Assembly (NCBI GenBank): GCA_005882135.1
Contig: VBDR01000037.1
Location: 23,595-87,594, forward strand
Reading direction: 5' to 3'
Source of the DNA: Chloroflexota bacterium
GTDB lineage: Bacteria > Chloroflexota > Dormibacteria > Dormibacterales > Dormibacteraceae
DNA: 64,000 bases
Within the stretch, counting starts at the first letter, position 1; every line of letters starts with the position of its first letter. The notes under the pieces were generated by a model. It made no database searches. It worked only from the letters and a program-made list of their open reading frames with translations, and was not told where the DNA came from. The position numbers and the translations under genes were made by a program. This document shows, piece after piece, positions 8,908 through 17,988 of the stretch.

Positions 8908-10407
8908 TTGTCGAGGCCCGTCCTCCTTGGATTGGCGGGTGCGGGTCTTTTCATCGCGGCGCTGGACGCCTACGTCGTGGTCACCCTGCTCCCCGCGATG
9001 GTGGGGGACGTCGGGCTGACCATCGAGCACTTCGAGCGGGCGACGCCCATCGTGACCGGCTTTCTGGCCGGGTATGTCGTCGCTATGCCGTTGCTGGGTG
9101 CGTACTCCGACGTCCGCGGGCGGGTCCCGGTCTACGCGGTGTGCATGGCGGGATTTGCCGTGGGGTCGGCGATGACGGCGACGGCCGGTTTGTGGGACTT
9201 TGCCGGACTCCCGTGGCTCGTCGCCGGCCGCTTCATCCAGGGAGTCGGTGGCGGAGGGCTTGTCCCGTTATCGCTCGCGCTTGCGGCAGACCTCTATCGC
9301 GATCGCGCACGCGCATATGCCCTGGGCTCGGTGGCTGCGGTGCAGGAGGCGGGCAGCGTTTTCGGGCCGCTGTACGGGGCGGCGCTGGCCGCCGCGGCGG
9401 CGGGCGCGGGCGGTTGGCGCTTCGCGTTCTGGCTCAACCTGCCCCTGGCCGCGATCTGCACGGCCGGGCTGACCGCCGGCACGCGGCGCAGCGAGCTTCC
9501 GTCGGGCGCCGCGAGCTCGTCGATCGACTGGCTCAGCGCGGCTCTTCTCGGCGTCGGCCTCGGCCTGCTGGTGCTCGCGCTTTACCCCGACGACCCGGAG
9601 CACCGCGCGACGAATGAGCTCCTTGTGCCGGTCGGCCTCGGAGCCGTGGCCGCGCTCGCGCTCTATGGGTGGCGACAGCTCGGCCGGCTCGAACCGCTGA
9701 TTCCGCGCGAGCTGCTGCGAAGTCGCGCCTTCGCCGGTGCGACGGCGGCCAACGTTTTGATCGGAGCGGCCCTGATCGTGGCCCTTGTCGACGTGCCCAT
9801 TTTGGGGCGCCTGGTCTTCAACCTCGACGAGCTCGGCTCGGGCCTTCTCCTCACGCAGTTCCTGATCGGCGTGCCCGTCGGGGCGCTGGCCGGGGGCCTG
9901 CTGGCGGGGCGCCTCGGCGAGCGCGCGACGGCGGCGGTGGGCATCGTGCTGGCGGCGATCGCGTTCCTTCAGATGTCGGGCTGGCGCGCCGACGAGCTCA
10001 CCCTCCACGCCGGGCCGTTGCGTCAGGCCGATATCGCGCTGGCGATCTGCGGACTTGGTTTTGGCGTAGTCATAGCGCCCCTGACCGCGTCCGTCCTCGC
10101 GCTCACCCGCGGGCAGAGCCATGGCCTCGCCACGAGCCTTGTCGTGCTGGCGCGGACGATGGGAATGCTGGTCGGGTTGTCGGCGCTGACCGCGTTCGGC
10201 CTGCACCGCTTCCACCAGATCCTCGGCAGCCCGGTGCTCACAGACCCAGACCTGCGCACGCGCATCAAGCACCTGGAAGAGCTGGTCGCGGCGGCCTTTC
10301 TCCAGGAATACCGCGAGATTTTCGTGATCGCCGCCGCGCTCTGCCTGCTGGCGGCGCTCGTTATCGCTTTCGCGCTACGGCCAGCACGTATGAGTGGTGA
10401 TACCTGA
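8908..10407 (+). CDS. MFS transporter, P55 (Rv1410c)-like
   Basis: 499 aa with about 14 TM helices. MFS motif-A-like GAYSDVRGRVPVY. TTG start 1 nt after the lprG-like stop. Confidence 0.75.
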   Translation: MSRPVLLGLAGAGLFIAALDAYVVVTLLPAMVGDVGLTIEHFERATPIVTGFLAGYVVAMPLLGAYSDVRGRVPVYAVCMAGFAVGSAMTATAGLWDFAGLPWLVAGRFIQGVGGGGLVPLSLALAADLYRDRARAYALGSVAAVQEAGSVFGPLYGAALAAAAAGAGGWRFAFWLNLPLAAICTAGLTAGTRRSELPSGAASSSIDWLSAALLGVGLGLLVLALYPDDPEHRATNELLVPVGLGAVAALALYGWRQLGRLEPLIPRELLRSRAFAGATAANVLIGAALIVALVDVPILGRLVFNLDELGSGLLLTQFLIGVPVGALAGGLLAGRLGERATAAVGIVLAAIAFLQMSGWRADELTLHAGPLRQADIALAICGLGFGVVIAPLTASVLALTRGQSHGLATSLVVLARTMGMLVGLSALTAFGLHRFHQILGSPVLTDPDLRTRIKHLEELVAAAFLQEYREIFVIAAALCLLAALVIAFALRPARMSGDT

Positions 10408-11209
10408 ACGCTTCGTCGGGGTCGCCCAGGCTCGCCATCGCCGCCTCGACCTCCGCTTCGAGCTCGTTCCGATAGCGCGGACCGAGAGAGCGGATCAACG
10501 TGTAGGGCAGCGGCCCCGCGCCCGCCATCAGCTCGGTCCACTCGCGGGCGTCGTGCGTCCGGCCGCCCGTCACCATCTCCGTCATTCTCATCAGGTCGAA
10601 CCCCGCCGTGGCGAGGATCTCGGGTAGGACATCAGGCTCACCGAACCGTGAGCGCTCCGAGCTGTAGCGGGGAAGGCTGAGGTAGTGACGGCGGGCGAGC
10701 GGCACGAGGCCCTGAAAGAAAAGGTCCTGGGCGCGGGTGTTGAGGCTCCGCCGCTGGCAAGAGACGGCGAGCCGGCCGCCGGGACGCAGCACCCGGTTCG
10801 CTTCGGCGAGCGCGGTCGTCGGGTCGGCGAAGTAGGCCAGGGCCTGCCCCATGGTGACGAGGTCGAAGGTCGCCGGCCGGAAGACAAGGTGCTCGGCCGC
10901 CATGCCGACAAACTGCACGTTCTTGGCTTTGTTCGCCCGCGCGATCGACAGCATGTTCTCGGAGAGGTCGACGCCGATGACCAGTCCAGGGTTGACGCGC
11001 GGCGCGACAAGATTGGCGACCAGCCCCGTGCCCGTCCCGACGTCCAGCACCTGCTCGTTCTGCGAGGGGGTCGCGAGGTCCACCAGCCGCGTCGCCACCC
11101 GCCCGTGCTGACCGCCGGCCCAGGTGTCGTAAACCGGGGCGACGCGGTCGAAAAAGTCGACCAGATGGTCGACCATCTCGTCCGATGCATCGGGATCCAT
11201 CAAGGCCAC
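10361..11209 (-). CDS. Class I SAM-dependent methyltransferase
   Basis: Motif I VLDVGTGTGLVA, followed by a Methyltransf_11-like core. Confidence 0.85.
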   Translation of the reverse strand: MALMDPDASDEMVDHLVDFFDRVAPVYDTWAGGQHGRVATRLVDLATPSQNEQVLDVGTGTGLVANLVAPRVNPGLVIGVDLSENMLSIARANKAKNVQFVGMAAEHLVFRPATFDLVTMGQALAYFADPTTALAEANRVLRPGGRLAVSCQRRSLNTRAQDLFFQGLVPLARRHYLSLPRYSSERSRFGEPDVLPEILATAGFDLMRMTEMVTGGRTHDAREWTELMAGAGPLPYTLIRSLGPRYRNELEAEVEAAMASLGDPDEAFRYHHSYVLAVARKR

Positions 11210-11357
11210 CGCTGCTGCTTAACCTTTGTCGACGCCTGGGGGCACGGCTGTTACGATGCTAGCTCCCTGAAATCCCGGCTCCGCCTTTTTATCGGGCGCA
11301 AGTCCGTTTTGGCTGCCAGAGTTGGGATGGATTATGGAAAACCTAGTGGAGGATTCG

Positions 11358-11738
11358 ATGGCTCAAGCAGAAAAAACCGCCAGTCAGGCTTCCAACGCGA
11401 CTCAGAACGGCGGCCACAACATCGTCAGTCTCGGCCCCCGCGACATCCTGCAGGGCCGCCTCGAGATCCAGGGGGATCTCAAGATCGCCGGCAACGTCGA
11501 GGGCGACCTCAAGGCTGGCGGCGACGTCACGATCGACCCGACCGCCACCATCCAGGCCGCGATCGAGGGCGCGAACGTCAGCGTCCGCGGACAGGTCACG
11601 GGCAACGTGACAGCCAGGAAACGCCTCACGCTCGGCGGCTCGGGCCGGCTGAACGGCGACGTCAAGGTCAGCCGCCTCACGGTCGAAGACGGCGCGACCC
11701 TGAACGGCAACGTGACGATGTCGTCTGAGAAGGCCTAG
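11358..11738 (+). CDS. Bactofilin (polymer-forming cytoskeletal protein)
   Basis: Beta-helical repeats LEIQGDLKIAGNVEGDLKAGGDVTI...VRGQVTGNVTA...LNGDVKV. GGAGGA lies upstream of the ATG at 11358; alternative starts are 11322 and 11334. Confidence 0.85.
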   Translation: MAQAEKTASQASNATQNGGHNIVSLGPRDILQGRLEIQGDLKIAGNVEGDLKAGGDVTIDPTATIQAAIEGANVSVRGQVTGNVTARKRLTLGGSGRLNGDVKVSRLTVEDGATLNGNVTMSSEKA

Positions 11739-11762
11739 CCGAAAGCCTGATCTCCCGCGCGC

Positions 11763-12161
11763 TCAGGTTCCTTTTTCGGCGCGCCGGACCGCCGGGAGGA
11801 CGACCTTTTCGAGGTAGCGCCTGATCGCGTCCATGCCGTTGTGCACGATTCGCCACTCGAGCTGCGCCAGCAGCACCTGTTCGCGGTTGACCTCGGCCAG
11901 CCTGCTTCGCCAGAAGGAGCTGTCGAGGTTGAGGCCGGGCAGAGGTCCGCGCGGCTGCGTGACCACCGGCATGTCCGGCAAGGGATCCGTCGCGTCGGCA
12001 GCGGGCTCGCCCTTCGTGCCGGGCGGCTGCAAAGCCGGCGAGGCGAGGGCCGGCCTCGAGGCGGACATGACCATGGTCCATGCGACAGCAACCAGGGCGA
12101 CGACGACGATGAGCTCGGCGGCCACCATCCATGTCAGCGGAGAGCGTAGGAGGTTGCGCAT
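11763..12161 (-). CDS. Hypothetical membrane-anchored protein
   Basis: 132 aa with an N-terminal TM (WMVAAELIVVVALVAVAW), a Pro-rich linker and a helical C-terminus. I recognise no family. Confidence 0.5.
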   Translation of the reverse strand: MRNLLRSPLTWMVAAELIVVVALVAVAWTMVMSASRPALASPALQPPGTKGEPAADATDPLPDMPVVTQPRGPLPGLNLDSSFWRSRLAEVNREQVLLAQLEWRIVHNGMDAIRRYLEKVVLPAVRRAEKGT

Positions 12162-12205
12162 GTCGACAGGCTAGGCATCGCGGGCCGGACCTGGAACCCA
12201 GCCCG

Positions 12206-13375
12206 TTAAGGACGGATCGAGCGCAGCGCCGTCAGCCCCCGCTCGATCGTCTCGATCCTTTTTGGGAAGCTGAATCTGAGGTGACCTCGACCCAGAGCGG
12301 GGTCGTGGTAAAAGCTCGAGGCCGGCACGGTCGCCACGGCCACCTCTTCGATCAGGCGCCGTACGAACGAGACATCATCCAGAGCTCCAAACGATTTGAT
12401 TCCCGCCATCACGTAATACGCGCCATCCGGAGCCGACGCTTCGAAGCCGCATTCCTGCAGGCCGCTCACGATCGCGTCGCGCCGTTCCTGGTAGTCGCCG
12501 AGCAGCTCCACATAAAAGGACGCGGGAAGCTCCAGTGCCTCGGCGATCGCGATCTGCAGCGGATGCGCCGCGCCGACGGTCAGGAAGTCGTGAACCTTAC
12601 GGATCCCGGCGGTCAGCGCGGGTGGAGCGATGAGCCAGCCGACACGCCATCCAGTCACCGAATAGGTTTTGCTGGCGCCGCTGATCGTGATCGTTCGGTC
12701 GGCCATGCCTGGAAGGGTGGCGATGCTGAGGTGGCGGCCGCGATAAACGAGGTGCTCATAGATCTCGTCGGTGATCGCAATCGCATCGTGATCGATGCAG
12801 AGCTGCGCGATCAGCCCGAGCTCCGAATGCGAATACACCTTGCCGGTCGGGTTGTGCGGCGTGTTGACCACGATCGCCCTGGTCCTCTCGTTGAACGCCT
12901 CCCTCAGCTCGTCGGCGTCGAACGACCAATCCGGCGGCCGCAGAGCCACGTAGCGCGGCACCGCGCCGCTGATCACACAGTCGGGACCGTAGTTCTCGTA
13001 GAACGGCTCGAAGATGATCACCTCGTCGCCTGGGTCGACCGCCGCCAGCATCGCCGCGACCATGCCCTCGGTCGCGCCGCAGGAAACCGTCACCTCTCGA
13101 TCGGGATCGACGTTCCGGCCCCAGGCCGCCGACTGCTTTCGCGCCACTGCGTTGCGAAGCTGGGGCGCTCCCCATGTGGTCGCGTACTGGTTGTAGCCGT
13201 CGCGCAGCGCTTTGGCCGCCGCGTCGAGGATCCTCGGATCGGGATCGAAGTCCGGGAAACCCTGCGCGAAGTTGACGGCCTTCTCGGGACCGTGGAGGGC
13301 GAGGTTGAGACGGGTCATCTCGCGGATGACCGATTCGGTGAAGCTCTGCGCCTTCAGCGACAGAAGCGGGGCCAC
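12206..13375 (-). CDS. Class I/II PLP-dependent aminotransferase
   Basis: FAQGFPDF near the N-terminus. PLP-lysine motif SGASKTYSVTGWRVGW. I place the start at GTG 13375, 4 nt after the CBS gene stop; the upstream extension in the ORF track overlaps that gene. Confidence 0.85.
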   Translation of the reverse strand: MAPLLSLKAQSFTESVIREMTRLNLALHGPEKAVNFAQGFPDFDPDPRILDAAAKALRDGYNQYATTWGAPQLRNAVARKQSAAWGRNVDPDREVTVSCGATEGMVAAMLAAVDPGDEVIIFEPFYENYGPDCVISGAVPRYVALRPPDWSFDADELREAFNERTRAIVVNTPHNPTGKVYSHSELGLIAQLCIDHDAIAITDEIYEHLVYRGRHLSIATLPGMADRTITISGASKTYSVTGWRVGWLIAPPALTAGIRKVHDFLTVGAAHPLQIAIAEALELPASFYVELLGDYQERRDAIVSGLQECGFEASAPDGAYYVMAGIKSFGALDDVSFVRRLIEEVAVATVPASSFYHDPALGRGHLRFSFPKRIETIERGLTALRSIRP

Positions 13376-13379
13376 TTGC

Positions 13380-13847
13380 TCAGTGCCCGGGATCGGCACG
13401 CTCCAGGCGAAGGTCGGTGCTCGAGCAGGAGAAACAGCGCACCGGGCGCTCGAGGTTGCGCTCCCACCAGCCGCACACGCTGCACGTCCAGCGCGTCTTG
13501 GCAAAAAAGTCGAGCACGTCCGAACGGCTGAGCAGCCCGACCATCTTCCCGCCCCTGATCACGGGCACCCGCCGGATCCGCTCGCCGATGAGAAGCCGCG
13601 CCGCCTCATCGATCCCGGTTTCCTCGGTGACAGAGATGACGCGAGGGCTCATGATGTCGCGCGCGGTCTTGCCCTTCTTGGAGAAGACGTCGGTCTCGGA
13701 CACGATGCCGACGACGTGACCTTCATTGGCGACGACCGGCGCCCCGGTGATGCGCTTTGAGGTCAGCGTGGAGGCAATCTCCTCCACCGGGGTGTCTTCG
13801 CGAAAGGTGATCACGTTGCGAGTCATCACCTCTTTGACCGGAATCAT
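13380..13847 (-). CDS. CBS-pair protein with a C-terminal CxxC...CxxC zinc ribbon
   Basis: Two CBS motifs (VMTRNVITF, IMSPRVISV), then WTCSVCGWWERNLERPVRCFSCSS. Confidence 0.8.
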   Translation of the reverse strand: MIPVKEVMTRNVITFREDTPVEEIASTLTSKRITGAPVVANEGHVVGIVSETDVFSKKGKTARDIMSPRVISVTEETGIDEAARLLIGERIRRVPVIRGGKMVGLLSRSDVLDFFAKTRWTCSVCGWWERNLERPVRCFSCSSTDLRLERADPGH

Positions 13848-14809
13848 CAGTGAGTGCCGAGCAGTGTAGCCACCGTCTGGAGATTGGCGTTGCCGCCGCT
13901 GAGGATGAGGCCGATGCGACCCTTCGGCAGCTTGCCCGACAGGTAAGCCGCGAGTGGGAGCGCCCCGGTCGGCTCAAGCGCCAGGTGAAGCCGCGACCAG
14001 GCGACCTGCACAGCCGTCGCGATCTCGTCCTCGCTCACGGTGACGACCTCGTCCACCAGCCGGTTAACGAACATGACCTCGAAGTTACGCCCGCCGATGG
14101 CGGTCGTGCGCACGCCGTCGGCCAGCGTCTTCGGCGAGGCGGCCAGGGTCTGGATGCTGCCCGCCTTCCAGGTCCGGTACGCGTCATCAGCCGCCTCGGG
14201 CTCGACGCCCACGACCTTGACGGTGGCGCTGTGGTTCTTGGCGGAGATCGCCGTCCCGGCCAGCAGCCCGCCACCACCGAGCGAGGCGGCGATCACTTCC
14301 AGACCGGGCTCGTCGTCCAGTAGCTCACGCGCCACCGTGCCCTGACCGTGGATCACGTCCCAATCGTCGAACGGGTGGACGAGCACGTATCCGCGCTCGG
14401 CCATCACCTCGCGCAGGCGCCGCTCGCGGTTGGCGAAGGTGATTCCCTCCTGGATGACCTCCGCGCCCAGGGCACGCGTGGCGGCGACCTTCGCCGGGTT
14501 GGCGTCCTCCGGGATCAGGATCAACGCCGGCAGTCCGACGGTCGCTGCGGCCAACGCGACAGCCTGCGCGTGGTTTCCAGAGCTGACCGCGATCACGCCC
14601 TTCGGCCGCTCACCAGACTCCATGAGGGACAGGACACCGTTGAAGGCGCCGCGTGGCTTGAACGAGCCGGTGACCTGAAAGCACTCCGGCTTGAGCCTCA
14701 AATCAGGATCGAGATCGCTCACCAGCACCGGGGTTCGGCGTATGTGGGCGCCGATGCGTTCTGCCGCCAGCCGGACCTGTTCGGCGTGCTTCGCGAGATA
14801 TGCGGTCAA
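13847..14809 (-). CDS. PLP-dependent serine/threonine dehydratase family enzyme
   Basis: Lysine motif VTGSFKPRGAFN and glycine loop ASLGGGGL. One-nucleotide overlap with the CBS gene. Confidence 0.85.
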   Translation of the reverse strand: MTAYLAKHAEQVRLAAERIGAHIRRTPVLVSDLDPDLRLKPECFQVTGSFKPRGAFNGVLSLMESGERPKGVIAVSSGNHAQAVALAAATVGLPALILIPEDANPAKVAATRALGAEVIQEGITFANRERRLREVMAERGYVLVHPFDDWDVIHGQGTVARELLDDEPGLEVIAASLGGGGLLAGTAISAKNHSATVKVVGVEPEAADDAYRTWKAGSIQTLAASPKTLADGVRTTAIGGRNFEVMFVNRLVDEVVTVSEDEIATAVQVAWSRLHLALEPTGALPLAAYLSGKLPKGRIGLILSGGNANLQTVATLLGTH

Positions 14810-15753
14810 GCGGCGGCAGAGTCAGGTTCGGCCGCCGGCTCCTGGCGGACCACACGTCGCACGCTGGTCAGCACGATGCCCGCAAGGATCACAACCATTC
14901 CGATGACGATAGGCATCGTGATGCTCTCGTGGAGAAGCGCGGCGCCCCAGAAAACTGCTGTCACCGGCACGAGGAATGTGACACCCGCCGCACGCACCGC
15001 CCCCAGGGTGTTCATCACGTAGTAGTAAAGGAGATACGCGATCCCCGTACCGAGCGCGCCCAAAGCGATGACCGCCAGCATGGACTCGAGTTGTACATGG
15101 ACTTGCGGCAGAGACGGCGCGGCGATAGGGATCGCAAAGACGACGGCCGCGGCAAGCTGGCCAAGGCTCACCTCGTGCACGCTTACGCTTCGCATCTTCC
15201 GGCGCTGATAAAGCGCGTTGATGGCGTACGACAGAGAGGCCACGACGACCGCAAGCGCGCCGAGAAAGTTGCCTGATATTCCGTGCGCGGAAAGCTCCGG
15301 ATAGACGAGCACGACCACTCCTCCGAATCCAATCAGGACACCAAGGTAGTTGAGCGTGCTCGGCCGCTCGGACGGCACCACCCAGAAGATCAGCACCGCA
15401 GTCCAAAGGGTGGTCGTGGCGTTGAGGATGCTGGCAAGGCCGCTGCTGATGTGCTCCTCGCCCCAAGCGATGGCGATCCAGGGCACGACGGAGTTCGTCA
15501 CGGCCATGAACGCGAACGAACCGAGGCGGTGGCGCCATCCCGGGCCGAAGAGGGGCCTGCCGCTAAGTCCGATGATCAACGCCAGCGCGAGAAAACCCGT
15601 GAGCGAGCGAAGAAGAAGGAGGACCTCCGGGCTCATGTCGCGGACCACGATCTTGATGGCGAGAAACGAACCACCCCAGATGAGCGCGAGCGTGATCAGA
15701 GCCGCGTAAGGAAGCAGGCGGCGTCTGGACTCAGACACGGGTCTGCCACTCAT
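14806..15753 (-). CDS. DMT-superfamily (EamA) transporter
   Basis: About 10 TM helices in two EamA-like halves. The start is uncertain (15753 or 15786); either one overlaps the dtd 3' end. Confidence 0.75.
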   Translation of the reverse strand: MSGRPVSESRRRLLPYAALITLALIWGGSFLAIKIVVRDMSPEVLLLLRSLTGFLALALIIGLSGRPLFGPGWRHRLGSFAFMAVTNSVVPWIAIAWGEEHISSGLASILNATTTLWTAVLIFWVVPSERPSTLNYLGVLIGFGGVVVLVYPELSAHGISGNFLGALAVVVASLSYAINALYQRRKMRSVSVHEVSLGQLAAAVVFAIPIAAPSLPQVHVQLESMLAVIALGALGTGIAYLLYYYVMNTLGAVRAAGVTFLVPVTAVFWGAALLHESITMPIVIGMVVILAGIVLTSVRRVVRQEPAAEPDSAAA

Positions 15754-16198
15754 CGGTCGACAGGACCAGCGTGACCGGTCCGTCATTCTCGATACCCACC
15801 CGCATCAGAGCTCCAAAGCTGCCCGTTTGCGTCTCTATTCCGCGGGCACGAAACTGCTGGACGAAGTTCTCGTAGAGCTGTTCGGCGCGCGCCGGGTCGC
15901 CAGCCTTCAACAGGCTCGGCCGGCGACCGCGGCTCATGTCCGCGAAGAGGGTGAACTGGGACACGATCAGGGCCATGCCGCGCACGTCGACAAGGCTGAG
16001 ATTCATCTTCCCAGCCTCGTCCGCGAACACGCGGAGGTCGATGATCTTGTCGGCCAGGCGGCGGACGGTGTTTTCGTCATCATCACCAGCTGCCCCCACC
16101 AACAACACAAATCCGTGGCCGATGGTTGCACGGTGCTCCGTCCCCGCGTCCACCCAGCTCACCGAGCCGGAAGCCACGCGCTGAGCGACTACGCGCAC
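15731..16198 (-). CDS. dtd: D-aminoacyl-tRNA deacylase
   Basis: MRVVAQRV...GFVLLVG...SQFTL...GRRPS...MRVGIENDGPVT matches the Dtd family along its whole length. Confidence 0.9.
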   Translation of the reverse strand: MRVVAQRVASGSVSWVDAGTEHRATIGHGFVLLVGAAGDDDENTVRRLADKIIDLRVFADEAGKMNLSLVDVRGMALIVSQFTLFADMSRGRRPSLLKAGDPARAEQLYENFVQQFRARGIETQTGSFGALMRVGIENDGPVTLVLSTDEWQTRV

Positions 16199-16336
16199 TA
16201 AACCATCACGAGCGTGGACTGTAGGCCGGGTTCATCCCGGCCGGCGCCCCACGCCATCTTCCAAACGCCTCCGGCGTCGCGGGCCACCTCGCAGGAGGGG
16301 GTCCCGCGGGGGAGGACAGCGTCCTCACCCGCGCTT

Positions 16337-17161
16337 TCAGTCGATTTTGGGTCCGAAGTGCGGCTCCGCGGCGATCAGAGAGTCGATGTAGCGGAAGCGG
16401 TCGTACCGATGCTGCAGGAGGCGCGGGGCGGGCTCGTCAAGCAATGGCTGCATGTGTCGAAACAGCGCCTCATCCAGCGACTTCGCCGCCGCGTCGTAGT
16501 CCGCGCTGGCGCTTCCCTTCGGCTCGGGCACGACCTCCTCGACCACACCCATGGCGACGATCTCTCGCGACGTGAGCTGCAGCTGCTCCGCGGCCTCGAC
16601 CTTGCGGGAGTTGTCGCGCCACACGATTGAGGCCGCCGCCTCCGGCGAGGCGACCGAATAGATGGAGTTCTCGAGCATGATCACGCGGTCGGCGATTGCC
16701 ATCCCGAGAGCGCCTCCGCTTCCACCCTCGCCGATCACTGCCGCGACAATCGGGACGGGGATGCGGAACCAATCCATGATCGCAGTGGCGATTGCGGCGG
16801 CGATTCCGCGTTCTTCGGCGCCCGCGCCAGGGTAAGCGCCCGGCGTGTCGATCAGGGAGACGATCGGAAAGCCGAACTTCGCCGCATGATGCGCCAGTCG
16901 CAGCGCCTTGCGGTATCCCTCCGGGTGCATCATCCCCCAGTTTCGCGCGACTCGCTCCTTGAGGCTTCGACCCTTCTGGTGGCCGAGGAATACGGTCGTC
17001 CGGCCGTGCCACGTGCCGACCCCGCCGACCAGGGCGGGGTCGTCCGCGGACAGCCGGTCGCCGTGAAGCTCGATGAAGTCGGGGGCAAGGCGGCGGATGT
17101 AGTCGAGCGAGTAGGGGCGATCGGGGTGCCGCGCGAGCTCGACGATCTCCCATACGCTCAT
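16337..17161 (-). CDS. accA: Acetyl-CoA carboxylase carboxyltransferase alpha subunit
   Basis: ARHPDRPYSLDYI...GHQKGRSLKERVARNWGM...IDTPGAYPG. Confidence 0.9.
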   Translation of the reverse strand: MSVWEIVELARHPDRPYSLDYIRRLAPDFIELHGDRLSADDPALVGGVGTWHGRTTVFLGHQKGRSLKERVARNWGMMHPEGYRKALRLAHHAAKFGFPIVSLIDTPGAYPGAGAEERGIAAAIATAIMDWFRIPVPIVAAVIGEGGSGGALGMAIADRVIMLENSIYSVASPEAAASIVWRDNSRKVEAAEQLQLTSREIVAMGVVEEVVPEPKGSASADYDAAAKSLDEALFRHMQPLLDEPAPRLLQHRYDRFRYIDSLIAAEPHFGPKID

Positions 17162-17988
17162 GAGTACATCTCCAGGAGATGGGCCAGCAGCGGCCTCAGC
17201 TCGGTGCGGGGGACGACCATGTCGACCTGACCGTGCGCCAGCTGAAACTCCGCGCTCTGGAATCCAGGCGGCAGGTCCGCGTAGGTCGCCTGCTTGATGA
17301 CGCGCGGTCCGGTGAACCCGATCGCGGCGCCCGGCTCGGCGATATTGATGTCTCCCAGGAGAGCGAGCGAGGCCGCGGTGCCACCGAACGTGGGGTCGGT
17401 CAACACCGAGAAGAACGGCACGCCCACGGAGTGAAGGCGTCCCACCGCCGCGTTGACCTTGGCCAGCTGCATCAGGGCGAGCACGCCCTCCTGCATGCGC
17501 GCGCCGCCGGAGGCGGACACGAGAACGTAAGGCGTCCCCGACAAGGCTGCCTGCTCCATGCCCCGGGCCAGGCGCTCACCCGCAACGATGGAAAGGGTTC
17601 CCCCTACAAATTGAAAGTCGAAGGTGGCAAGCCAGATCGGCTTGCCCGCCAGCGTGCAGGTGCCTGTGCGCAGGGCCTCGTTGAGCCCGTCCTCGAGGAG
17701 CCTCTCGACCGTCTCCTGGTAAGGCTTCGGCACGGTCCAGTTCAACAGGTCGTGGGAGCGAACGTCGCTCCACCGCTCGTGCCAGGATCCCTTGTCCGCG
17801 ACCAGCTGGATCCAGACGTCGGCGCCGAGGCGGAAGTGATGCCCGCAGTTGACGCAAACGTAGTTGTGCGACCGAAGCTCGTCGGTTTCCAGCCCGATGC
17901 CACAACCTGGACAGTTCGTAGGCAGCAGGATCTCGGGCAATGCGTCGCCCTGGATCGCGACTCCTCGCCGTCCCTCCGCGATTGCCAT
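17158..17988 (-). CDS. accD: Acetyl-CoA carboxylase carboxyltransferase beta subunit
   Basis: N-terminal Zn ribbon CPGCG...CVNCGHH. The start is taken at the internal ATG 17988 (TGATG overlap with the fabG stop). ATGA overlap with accA. Confidence 0.88.
   Translation of the reverse strand: MAIAEGRRGVAIQGDALPEILLPTNCPGCGIGLETDELRSHNYVCVNCGHHFRLGADVWIQLVADKGSWHERWSDVRSHDLLNWTVPKPYQETVERLLEDGLNEALRTGTCTLAGKPIWLATFDFQFVGGTLSIVAGERLARGMEQAALSGTPYVLVSASGGARMQEGVLALMQLAKVNAAVGRLHSVGVPFFSVLTDPTFGGTAASLALLGDINIAEPGAAIGFTGPRVIKQATYADLPPGFQSAEFQLAHGQVDMVVPRTELRPLLAHLLEMYS

Noticed and set aside
12131-13531. 466-aa plus-strand ORF
   Set aside because: It is antisense to the aminotransferase gene (PLP-lysine motif present) and to the CBS gene. 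It has no motif and the composition of a shadow ORF.
16199-16336. GC-rich hairpins after accA: GAGGAC-AGC-GTCCTC (16310-16324) and GGCCGGG-TTCAT-CCCGGCC (16224-16242)
   Set aside because: They are plausible weak terminators or attenuators between accA and dtd. They lack U tracts, and stems of this kind arise by chance at this GC content, so I did not call them as features.
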